Source of the DNA: a virus
Lineage: Duplodnaviria; Caudoviricetes
Reading direction: 5' to 3' (one strand)
Virus record (IMG/VR): IMGVR_UViG_3300044957_001482
Location: 1-64,000 of that record
DNA length: 64,000 nucleotides
Below the pieces are notes generated by a model, which was given only the letters and a program-made list of their open reading frames with translations, did no database searches and was not told where the DNA came from. The translations under genes and the position numbers were made by a program. Below are positions 29,365-37,828 of the stretch, one piece after another (within the stretch, counting starts at the first letter, position 1; each line of letters begins with the position of its first letter).

Positions 29365-30567
29365 CTATCTATATTTATATTTTGTCGCCTCTTCACTACC
29401 ACCTGTGGCATTACCTTTGGAGTAACTGTGGGCGCCAACACCGGCCAACACACCATCTTTGACCACTAAGTACTCATTGCGAATAGGGCGGTGTTCAAAA
29501 TAACATTCCAATACTTCTCGCACACCTGCCGCATAACGAGTCTGAGCACTCAAACTGGTTCCAGAAATATGTGGAGTCATGCCATGATTTGGCATAGTGC
29601 GCCATGGATGGTTTTGGGGTGCTGGTTGTGGAAACCAGACATCTCCTGCGTATCCTGCTAAATGACCACTTTCTAAAGCTCGGGCGATCGCATCACGATC
29701 ACAGATTTTACCTCGGGCAGTATTGACAATGTAACTGCCTCGTTTCATTTTTGCTATCATTTCTTCATCGAACAAGTGTTCTGTTTCTGGATGCAACGGA
29801 CAATTGATCGTAACAATGTCGACTGCCTCGACCAGACTTTCTACACTATCATGCCAGGTCAAGCTCAATTCTTGTTCTACCCGTGTCGGCAAACGATGAC
29901 GATCAAAATAATGTAAATGCACATCAAATGCTTTTAATAACTTCAATGCTCTTAATCCAATACGACCTGCGGCAACAGTGCCCACATGCATACCTTCAAT
30001 ATCATAGCTTTTGACAACACAATCTGCGATATTCCATCCGCCCTCGATGACTTGTTTGTAACTAGGAATATAATTACGCACTAAACTCAACATCTGCATT
30101 ACAATATGTTCAGCTACCGAATTACTATTACAGTAGGTGATTTCTGCCACTGTGATGCCACGCTCCATCGCAGCTTGTAGATCTACGTGATCGGATCCAA
30201 TACCTGCTGTAAGAGCCATTTTAAGTTTTGGCGCACTAGCGATCCGTTCGGCAGTTAAATATGCCGGCCAAAAAGGTTGGCTGATTACTATTTCTGCATC
30301 TGGCAAATGTCGATCAAATTCTGAATCTGCACCGTCTTTGTCTGATGTGACAACCAACTCATGTCCCATACTTTCTAAAAATTTTCTTAGACCCAATTCG
30401 CCAGTTACGCTGCCTAATAATGTGCCAGCCTGAAAATCCACTTGATGTGGATTAGGAACTGTTTGTCCATCTGGATAATGCGTTATTCTAGGAATATTAT
30501 TTCTTGCATAGCTGGTTGGATAGCCGTTTACAGGATCATCATATAAAACACAAAGCACTTTTGACAT
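29365..30567 (-). CDS. fdh: NAD-dependent formate dehydrogenase (EC 1.17.1.9)
   Basis: KVLCVLYDDP, ISQPFWPAY, AGIGSDH, SVAEH, AAGRIG, DRH, NTARG (Arg), WFPQP (Gln), TPHISGT (His); Pseudomonas sp. 101-type FDH. Confidence 0.96.
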   Translation of the reverse strand: MSKVLCVLYDDPVNGYPTSYARNNIPRITHYPDGQTVPNPHQVDFQAGTLLGSVTGELGLRKFLESMGHELVVTSDKDGADSEFDRHLPDAEIVISQPFWPAYLTAERIASAPKLKMALTAGIGSDHVDLQAAMERGITVAEITYCNSNSVAEHIVMQMLSLVRNYIPSYKQVIEGGWNIADCVVKSYDIEGMHVGTVAAGRIGLRALKLLKAFDVHLHYFDRHRLPTRVEQELSLTWHDSVESLVEAVDIVTINCPLHPETEHLFDEEMIAKMKRGSYIVNTARGKICDRDAIARALESGHLAGYAGDVWFPQPAPQNHPWRTMPNHGMTPHISGTSLSAQTRYAAGVREVLECYFEHRPIRNEYLVVKDGVLAGVGAHSYSKGNATGGSEEATKYKYR

Positions 30568-30611
30568 ATAAATTTCTCTCCTAGGTATATGTAATATATC
30601 TGCTGCCCAAA

Positions 30612-30654
30612 TAAGACTTTATCTCTTGCGAGATGCGCTTTCACACAGGTCTCA
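30612..30654 (-). promoter_or_regulatory. Candidate cis-regulatory RNA (three-way junction) in the fdh leader
   Basis: P1 UGAGAC/GUCUUA; P2 GUGU-GAAA-GCGC; P3 AUCUC-GCAA-GAGAU. Confidence 0.45.
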
Positions 30655-30659
30655 AGTAT

Positions 30660-30688
30660 ATTTTACATTATTTGTTAACAGGATGCAA
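30660..30688 (-). promoter_or_regulatory. Sigma70-type promoter for fdh
   Basis: TTGCAT-17 nt-TAAAAT on the minus strand. Confidence 0.55.
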
Positions 30689-30689
30689 A

Positions 30690-31008
30690 TTAAACTGAAA
30701 AACTACTGCCACATCCGCATGTTGTTTTTTTCATTTGAATTTGAACTTGAACTAACAAATTGTGAGCCTTGTAGTTTATCTGTTTTGTAATCTATAGTTG
30801 CTCTATCAAAATACTGCATACTTAATGAATCTACTAGTAATTTATTGATAATAAAATCATCTTCATTCTTTTCATCTTCAATGGTAAATACATGGTTAAA
30901 TCCTGCACACCCGCCGCCAGAAATAAATGCTCTTACATATCTTGTGGTGGGTTCATCAAGTAAAATTTCTTTAATTTTTTTCTGTGCATCTTGGATTATT
31001 GTTAACAT
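30690..31008 (-). pseudogene. iscA: A-type Fe-S carrier IscA/ErpA (HesB), frameshifted before CGCG
   Basis: GGGCAG, LLVDSLSMQY, GSQFV; KTTCGCGSSFSV* lies in another frame after an A7 run (30725-30731). Confidence 0.8.
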
Positions 31009-31017
31009 ATTTAGTTC

Positions 31018-31329
31018 CTAACTACAAACACATTTTAAATGATAGTCTTTGACTGCTGCCTTAATTGTATCTTCGGCAAGAATACTGCAATGTATTTTTA
31101 CAGGCGGCAATGATAACTCTTCCGCAATGTGAGTATTCTTTATGCTGACAGCTTCATTGAGTGTTTTACCTTTAATTCATCTGATTACAAGACTTGAACT
31201 GGCAATAGCACTACTGCAGCTGTAAGTCTTGAATTTTGTATCTTCAATAATACCTTGATCGTTAACTTTAATTTGTAGTTTCATTACATCGCCGCAGGCA
31301 GGTGCACCTACCATACCTGTTCCTACAGT
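31018..31329 (-). pseudogene. iscU: Fe-S scaffold IscU, 5'-truncated with in-frame stop
   Basis: VGTGMVGAPACGDVMKLQIKV...LPPVKIHCSILAED; TGA at 31177-31179; YGCGSA motif reads YSCSSA. Confidence 0.85.
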
Positions 31330-31342
31330 TATTTTACCCAAC

Positions 31343-31368
31343 AAAAAAGCACCCGAAGGTGCTTTTTT
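31343..31368 (-). terminator. Rho-independent terminator after the major capsid gene
   Basis: AAAAAAGCACC-UUCG-GGUGCUUUUUU with C(UUCG)G loop. Confidence 0.9.
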
Positions 31369-31394
31369 GATACTTCGTAAAACTGATTTTTTGA

Positions 31395-32591
31395 TCAGCT
31401 GAACGAGAGATTGCTCACTGCGATTTCTCCCACATAGTCGCCAGCATTGCCGAACGACGAAGCAGTGTTGGTCAGTTCGATGTAGCCATAGCGAGTCATG
31501 AAGCTCACGACCGGTTCAAACGTGGTTGGATCCAGCACAACACCCGAGCTCATCAGCGGGATGTACGGGCAGTAGAACGCAGGAGCGTCTGCTTCCGACG
31601 AACCCTTGTAGCCGACCAGAACCGGAGTGGTGTCTGCGGCATACGAGTCAACGAACACACGCATAGCGCCATTGAGCGTACCAACGAACTTGGTGTTAGT
31701 CGGGGCTTCAAAGACGCCTTCGGTGGTGCGAGCAAAGGCCGAGGTTGTAGCCGATTGCAGCACGGTGAGAGCAGCACTTGAAACCACTGCATAGTTACCA
31801 GCACCGCGACGTGTGCGCTGAGCGATCAAGTTGGCAACACGGTTGATCAACACAGCCAGAGCAGCATGTTCGTCGCCAACGAATGTGGCAGTGCCCGAAA
31901 CAGTGGCTTGGTTGTAAGTGAACTCGGTGCTGGCCAGGCTGCGCAGACTCAAGAGGATTTCTTGGTCGATTTCAGCGGTGATTTCTTGGGCCAGAGCAGC
32001 CATGATTTCGGCTTCAACGTCGATGCCGTGCATGGCTTGAGCATCTTGGGCCGATTCAAATGTCCAACGTGCCTGCAGTTTGCGAGTTTTGGCTTCAACT
32101 GCTTGCTTGAGGATTTGAACCGAAATCTGCTTACCACCAGTGCCTTCCATGGTCGCTGTGTTGCCACCGGTATAGGCAGTGGCAGTGCTCACGTCCTTGG
32201 GCACTGTTGAGTATGCCGTGGCAATGGTGAACGGGCTCAGTGCTTCCTGGCCTGCTGTTACCGAAGTGGCAGCAGCCGACGAGTCAGTTAACGATTGAGC
32301 ATAACGCACACGCAGAGTATGTATCTGACCAACCGGGCCGGTCATGGGCTGCACACCAACCAATTCATTGGCGATCACAGTGGGCATGACCCGACGGATC
32401 ACTGGCAGGATCACACGATTGAGTGTGGCGATGTTGCCAGAAGCGGTTGAACCAGACGAGGCATTTTCTTTGAGGTACTTGCGAGTATTCTCAAGGATAA
32501 CCTTCATGCTGTTGCGCCGGGTTCCGTTCAGACCTTCAAGAAGGGCCTCTTTGGTCTCTTCCCACCGGCTTTCTAATAATTCTTGTGACAT
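31395..32591 (-). CDS. Major capsid protein (gp23-like)
   Basis: VGVQPMTGPVG, AKTRKLQARWTFE, EITAEIDQE, FYCPYIPL, FMTRYG. Confidence 0.96.
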   Translation of the reverse strand: MSQELLESRWEETKEALLEGLNGTRRNSMKVILENTRKYLKENASSGSTASGNIATLNRVILPVIRRVMPTVIANELVGVQPMTGPVGQIHTLRVRYAQSLTDSSAAATSVTAGQEALSPFTIATAYSTVPKDVSTATAYTGGNTATMEGTGGKQISVQILKQAVEAKTRKLQARWTFESAQDAQAMHGIDVEAEIMAALAQEITAEIDQEILLSLRSLASTEFTYNQATVSGTATFVGDEHAALAVLINRVANLIAQRTRRGAGNYAVVSSAALTVLQSATTSAFARTTEGVFEAPTNTKFVGTLNGAMRVFVDSYAADTTPVLVGYKGSSEADAPAFYCPYIPLMSSGVVLDPTTFEPVVSFMTRYGYIELTNTASSFGNAGDYVGEIAVSNLSFS

Positions 32592-32614
32592 TTAAGTCTC
32601 CTGTTTTTAAAAAA

Positions 32615-33709
32615 TTAAAGCCCGGCCAGACGTTTGAGATCGATAACGTTGCTGGCTGCATTGCTATCTTCGGGCTGGATCGGAACTTCCTTATCACCAG
32701 TCACTGCTGTGATAGATTCTGTGATCACCCGACTAGCTTTCGCAGAACGATCTTCCAACACTGCTGGTAGATACTTTTCAAACGCGCTCTTCAAACGTGA
32801 AGTTTGCACGCTTTCTAGCAAATTACGCATGACTTCGGCTTTTTCACGGTTGAGCGGAGCCAGTAACTCGGCCATGAGATCACGGCGTTCGTTGTGTTCG
32901 CTTATCATGCGTATTTCGCGGTCTTTTGACTCAACAAGGACTTTGGCCTTCTCGCTGAGTTCGATGGCTTCTGCCAATCTGCGATTCTTGTCCGACAGCA
33001 GCGAGTTCAGGCGGCGCACTTCTGCATTCTCATTGAGGTGAGTGGCACCGAATTCTGCTGCGTATGCTTCAAAAATCCTACGTCCAAAGTTGTTCTCGCG
33101 AGCAACACGGATGTCTTCTTGCAGTTGGGTCAGTTCGGCCGTGAGATGACGGCTGACTGCTTGGCTCATCTTTTTAGCACTTTCCTTGACGAAACGTGCC
33201 TTGAGATCCTGCAACTTGCCGCGTGCTTCGCGTATCAAGCGAACCTTGGTTTCGACTACATCACGCTTGTCGGCAGCAAATTCTTGTATCTCACGAGCCA
33301 ATGCATGTACCACGAAGTTTTCCAGCTTCTGGACACCTTCGGTGTGCATGCGGCGGTCTTGGCGCAGTTCGGTGATTTCTTCGGCCAATTTTTTCACTAG
33401 GAAGTCATTGAACTTGGTCGCCGACTCCATCATCTTGGTTTGGAAACGCACACGGTCTTGGGCCAGCGCACGACGTTCGTCGGCGACGGCTTGTACTTCT
33501 GCTTGCAGACCTTCAGTAACCATACGATCTAGGGCTTCAACCATCACTGTCTTGTCATGCTCGTAGCGTTGTGCGAATTCCTCACGGAGCTCGCTGCGTA
33601 CCTGTTCACGGGTCTCGTTGAGCTTGGATTCCCAGGCCTCATTGATTTCCCGACCGATTTCTTCGGTGATCAGGTTACTGTCAAGCAATGGTTTAATAGC
33701 ATCAAACAT
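32615..33709 (-). CDS. Prohead core scaffold (gp22-like)
   Basis: Coiled coil, FGRRIFEAY motif; lies between protease and capsid genes. Confidence 0.8.
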   Translation of the reverse strand: MFDAIKPLLDSNLITEEIGREINEAWESKLNETREQVRSELREEFAQRYEHDKTVMVEALDRMVTEGLQAEVQAVADERRALAQDRVRFQTKMMESATKFNDFLVKKLAEEITELRQDRRMHTEGVQKLENFVVHALAREIQEFAADKRDVVETKVRLIREARGKLQDLKARFVKESAKKMSQAVSRHLTAELTQLQEDIRVARENNFGRRIFEAYAAEFGATHLNENAEVRRLNSLLSDKNRRLAEAIELSEKAKVLVESKDREIRMISEHNERRDLMAELLAPLNREKAEVMRNLLESVQTSRLKSAFEKYLPAVLEDRSAKASRVITESITAVTGDKEVPIQPEDSNAASNVIDLKRLAGL

Positions 33710-33721
33710 GCCTGCTTCTCC

Positions 33722-34366
33722 TTAGATTTTGAGATCTCTGATGAGGCGCTTTAGTTCCTCGGCCAGATATCTCCGTACCTTGTCGCCCTCACCTGCTTCC
33801 TGTGCCATCTCAAGTATGCGATGTCCGTGTCTCATGTTGATGAGACCTTCGTAGATCGCTTGAGGATAGGCATTGGGAGCACTGGGTTGTGCGACCACAT
33901 CTATAGTGACTATTTCAAAGTCACTTACATGTCCTGTTCTATCGTCAACGTTGCCCGACCCGCGGCTGCTAACACCAAGTTTTACCCCTGACTGCAACAG
34001 TGTGCGTATCAGTTCACCCATGGGTGTGGGCAGTATCTTGAGTTTGCCACAACCGGCATTGCCGTCCATCCACATGCCTTCTACCGAGTGACACACACGA
34101 TCTAGGTTGATCTTGAGGTCATCAGGGTGATCCACTTCGCCCAGCACCGAGTTGCCATCGCGTATCTGTTCATTGATGGTTTCTACAGCCTTGAGTATTT
34201 CGTGGCGCGGGTAGATGCGTTCGTTGGCGTTGCGCTTGTCACCTTCGATACAGATGCCCTTGAGATAAAGGTTTTTTCCGCCTTTACCCGTGGCATCATC
34301 TTCGGTGATTACCTCGATCCGGGCCTGGTTAAAGGTTAGATCTTCTCTGAGGTATCGTGCGCTCAT
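33722..34366 (-). CDS. Prohead protease (gp21-like)
   Basis: NANERIYP, LGEVDHP, LGVSSRGSG, DVVAQPSAP. Confidence 0.93.
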   Translation of the reverse strand: MSARYLREDLTFNQARIEVITEDDATGKGGKNLYLKGICIEGDKRNANERIYPRHEILKAVETINEQIRDGNSVLGEVDHPDDLKINLDRVCHSVEGMWMDGNAGCGKLKILPTPMGELIRTLLQSGVKLGVSSRGSGNVDDRTGHVSDFEIVTIDVVAQPSAPNAYPQAIYEGLINMRHGHRILEMAQEAGEGDKVRRYLAEELKRLIRDLKI

Positions 34367-34372
34367 TGCTGA

Positions 34373-35176
34373 TTAGCCTCTGGTACCACCGGGCAGCGGG
34401 CTCTTGACGTTGACGCCAGTGGCCTGATCCAGATGTGGTTTGACTGCTGGGCTGGGCTTCTGTGTGCCCTGTGCAGGTGTATTACCAACCTTGCCAATGA
34501 GATCCTTGGTGGTAGGGGCCGGACGACCTTGTGCAGTGTCGCCAGTCATCCTGACCGGATCTGCTATGGCACCACGCGCACCCGAATTGTTGGCGTTTGT
34601 GCTCTTCTTGTTGACCGAGCCTTCCTCCGAAGTAACAGGCTTGGGTGCGGCCTTGAGGCTGACTGCTTCCATGGCTGGCTTGGGTTCCATGTTCATTTCT
34701 TTGGTTTCGTCGGCGTCGCCACCTTTGTCGGGGTCCATCATGTCTTCGTTGCCTTGGTTGTTGCCCATGAGTTCTTCAAACTCGGCCATGAGCTCTTCCA
34801 GTTTGTCTTCCAGATCCATGACTCGGTCTTCGAGTTCTTCGTCACTGCCCATGTCATCGTGATGATCTACATCATCTTCGCCCATTTCAAACTCTTCTTC
34901 TTCTTCTTCTTCTTCTTCCTCGTCTACGCATGAGGCTTCGTCTACGCATGAGGCTTCCATGTGCATGTCGTTTTCTTCGTCCATTTCGACATCGTCGATC
35001 AGGTCGTCAGCAGCATCACCGCCCATGGCTTCGTCCAGTTCTTCTTCGGCTTCTTCAGCCATGATATTTTCATAAATCTCGCGGCTCTTTTCTACCACGA
35101 TGTCGTGGAAAAGTTCGCGAGCCTTTTGTTCTTCATCGTTGATCACGTACTCGATCAACTGTTCAAATCTGTTCAT
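34373..35176 (-). CDS. Acidic prohead core protein (gp67/68 position)
   Basis: Very Glu/Asp-rich; between portal and protease. Confidence 0.6.
   Translation of the reverse strand: MNRFEQLIEYVINDEEQKARELFHDIVVEKSREIYENIMAEEAEEELDEAMGGDAADDLIDDVEMDEENDMHMEASCVDEASCVDEEEEEEEEEEFEMGEDDVDHHDDMGSDEELEDRVMDLEDKLEELMAEFEELMGNNQGNEDMMDPDKGGDADETKEMNMEPKPAMEAVSLKAAPKPVTSEEGSVNKKSTNANNSGARGAIADPVRMTGDTAQGRPAPTTKDLIGKVGNTPAQGTQKPSPAVKPHLDQATGVNVKSPLPGGTRG
34893..34956. repeat. (TTC)n tract plus 18-bp tandem duplication
   Basis: CGTCTACGCATGAGGCTT x2 (EASCVD x2) next to poly-Glu codons. Confidence 0.85.
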
Positions 35177-35280
35177 GATAGAGGCTCCTATAGGAAAGTG
35201 TGTTTTTATTTACATAACTTGTTGAAACTCATTGTAGTTGACGTGGAAAATGGTGAAAATTGCAGATTTATTGCAATGAG

Positions 35281-35499
35281 TTAGATCGCAGACGCTGCTG
35301 GCGGTGCGTACTGGGTACGAATTTTTTTGAGTTTTTCGCTGTGTTCAAACTTGCGTACATCGTTCATGCGACGCAGTTTGGTTAACTGACGCAGAGTGAG
35401 TCGAGTTTTTCTTAGGTCATGTTTGGTAATCTGGCTGTTGTCTTGGCCAAGGTCTTGATATGATTCCGGCTCACGGTTCCAGATTTCAGTTAGCAACAT
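35281..35499 (-). CDS. Small basic head protein
   Basis: RKTRLTLRQLTKLRRM motif; TAAATA 5 nt upstream. Confidence 0.6.
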   Translation of the reverse strand: MLLTEIWNREPESYQDLGQDNSQITKHDLRKTRLTLRQLTKLRRMNDVRKFEHSEKLKKIRTQYAPPAASAI

Positions 35500-35507
35500 G
35501 CGATTAT

Positions 35508-37304
35508 TTATCCGCCTGTCGGGATCGTCGGTGTGGACGCTGCCGGGAGTACTCCGCCCGGTGCACCTGGTGCAGCCGGCGAGCCTGGCACTTCACCGGC
35601 TCCACCTTCGATTCCGGCCAATTCTTCACCTGCAGCGATATCGCTTTCGATGCCGCCCGGTGTAATTCCGATGGTGCGCAGATCTTTCCCGGCTGCGGCT
35701 GCCAGTTCGGCCTGATCGCGTTCTTCTTGCCACAGTCGCTCGTTTTCGGAGATTTCGTCCTTGCTGAGACCCAGGAATCGTTCTAACAGAAATCGCTTGG
35801 ACAGATAAGGAAACGGGTCGAGTCTTGAAAATGCATCTATGCGTGTGATATCCAGTTCGGCCTGCCGATAACTGGCGAAATTCTGTGGCGGACAAAATGC
35901 CAGGGTAAACAGTCCCGAATCGATGTTGAATCCACGCCATTTCAAGAACATCTTGAATTCGTCGTCCAGTTTTTGTGCAATTGCTGTCTGCAGGCGTTCG
36001 CAATATTGGTTGAATCGATATTCCTGTATCAGCGCAGTGCCCACACGTCCATCGTTAAGTGCGCGGTCAGATTCGTCGGGTCCTGTGGGTAAATAGCTGC
36101 TGGGCACTCTGAGCCCGCGAGCCATTTTGTTGTTGAAGTATCTGAGGTCGTCAATTTCTCCTAGATTCTGACCGCCAGGCAAGGTTTCCACCGATGACCC
36201 GCGACCGTCTTGTCCCTGTGGGAAAAAGTAATCTTCGTTGATCGAAAGTGGATTGTAACTGGCATCCATCATGTTGGCACCGCCGCCGGTTACCGTGGGT
36301 ATGCGACGTTGATGCATTTCGTTTTTCACCCGTTCCACAAACTGCATGGCCAGGTGACTGGGCATGTTGCCCACGTCAATCTTGAAAATCCTGCGCTCGG
36401 GTGCACGGCTTACGCGATAGATCAGTATGGCGTCTTCCAGCAGCTCTTTCTGCTTGAATACTTTGTAGATGTTTTCCAAGATCGAACGGCCAAAGGGCCA
36501 GAACACATCCAATCCCTCATTGAGACTGAGGTGCACCACGTGCTTGGCATCGATGCAGGTTTCATTCATGGCCGTCATGAAGCGTGCATTGCCCACACCT
36601 CCGCCCACACCACCACTGGGCATGGTATAGTTGGCCGATCCCGATATGGTCCCTGTCACCGGATTGGTCATGTAGTCCGTGGTGGTCTTTTGTGCGATGG
36701 ACAGACTTTGAAAATTGGGGTTGATGTCGCGAATCACATACTGCTCAGGACGTTTGCCTTCGCTTTCGTTGACAATGATACGCATGACCTTTGATGTGTC
36801 CACCCAATACATTTCAAAGGTCTCAGGATCTCGCACAAAAACCTGGTCGCCGTACTTGATGGTATTGCGGAACAGTTTGAAGATACGTTGGTCAAACTGA
36901 TTGAGCTTGGTCCATTGTTGTAGTTGTTTGCGAATGATCTGAATTTCGTGATCAGTGGGATCGTCGCGAAACCTGATTTCAAACGGCGTGTCGTTGTCTT
37001 TGTTGGTCTGTGTAGAAAACTCTGCAACAATGTCCAGACATGCATTGATCTCGGAATCCATGTCCATGTTTTCGTACTGATTGTATCGTTCGATACGATT
37101 GGGGTGACCCGAATACACTTCGGGCAATCTGGATGCATAGTTTCGAAACACAAAATCCGCAGGCATGCCCATGCTGCCATCGTTGCGTCTGTAGTTGGGC
37201 AATCCGTATTGATTGTGTCCAGATATCGGACTTATCACACCCGATGTATCTGCGACTTTGAAATACTTACGCCATGACTTGGATTGATTTTCTCGATTAG
37301 CCAT
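35508..37304 (-). CDS. Portal vertex protein (gp20-like)
   Basis: LLEDAILIYRVSRAPERRIFKIDVGNMP, EDYFFP...GRGSSVETLPGGQNLGEIDD. Confidence 0.95.
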   Translation of the reverse strand: MANRENQSKSWRKYFKVADTSGVISPISGHNQYGLPNYRRNDGSMGMPADFVFRNYASRLPEVYSGHPNRIERYNQYENMDMDSEINACLDIVAEFSTQTNKDNDTPFEIRFRDDPTDHEIQIIRKQLQQWTKLNQFDQRIFKLFRNTIKYGDQVFVRDPETFEMYWVDTSKVMRIIVNESEGKRPEQYVIRDINPNFQSLSIAQKTTTDYMTNPVTGTISGSANYTMPSGGVGGGVGNARFMTAMNETCIDAKHVVHLSLNEGLDVFWPFGRSILENIYKVFKQKELLEDAILIYRVSRAPERRIFKIDVGNMPSHLAMQFVERVKNEMHQRRIPTVTGGGANMMDASYNPLSINEDYFFPQGQDGRGSSVETLPGGQNLGEIDDLRYFNNKMARGLRVPSSYLPTGPDESDRALNDGRVGTALIQEYRFNQYCERLQTAIAQKLDDEFKMFLKWRGFNIDSGLFTLAFCPPQNFASYRQAELDITRIDAFSRLDPFPYLSKRFLLERFLGLSKDEISENERLWQEERDQAELAAAAGKDLRTIGITPGGIESDIAAGEELAGIEGGAGEVPGSPAAPGAPGGVLPAASTPTIPTGG

Positions 37305-37812
37305 TATCTTGCTCCATCAATTTTGCTGCTTTTTTTGCGGCAAAATATTTTTTTAATGTGTCAGAAATTTTTTTGGCTCGAAACGGATCGTAAGGTCTTC
37401 CAAGATTGGCTAGTCTGACTTTTTCTCTATGGTCTGCAGTCACAGTTCCTTTATAATTCTTTAGCTGCTCGGGGGTTCGTTTTTTTCCTTTGTTTCCTTC
37501 AGAAATCTTTCTTTTAGTTTCTTCAGAATGCTTCCAACCAACTGCGCACGCCCATTGATTGATTTTGATGTTATCTAGCAAGCCGCCATCAATTTTTCTT
37601 TTATACCTAGAAATTAACTCGCCCTCGAGTTTTTTTGCCTCATCGTTTGTTAATCCGTCCTGAACAATTACCCTGCGTTCAAGAGGAAGTAGTTGGGTTC
37701 GTGTGTGCGGTCGATGCAACCGTCTGCCAAATCCTTTTCCAATGTAGTACGGTTGACTGTCTTCATTTGCATATTGATATACATAGAATGTACGAGAATC
37801 GTGTTCTGCCAT
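37297..37812 (-). mobile_element. Free-standing GIY-YIG homing endonuclease with NUMOD3 repeats
   Basis: FYVYQY...PYYIGKG...R; KHSEETKRKISEGNKGKK. Confidence 0.85.
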
Positions 37813-37828
37813 GGTAGTTTATTTAACC

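Noticed and set aside
30612-30654. Hammerhead ribozyme or ZTP riboswitch
   Set aside because: Lacks the CUGAUGA core and the ZTP consensus apart from UGGGCA; kept only as an unassigned candidate
6640-31179. TGA recoded as Trp, suggested by TGA at Trp-like positions in the HNH (6640), the 28410 remnant and iscU (31177)
   Set aside because: Core genes such as gp23, gp4's neighbour and gp26 end in TGA and use TGG for Trp; iscU and the HNH have further lesions, so decay explains it better
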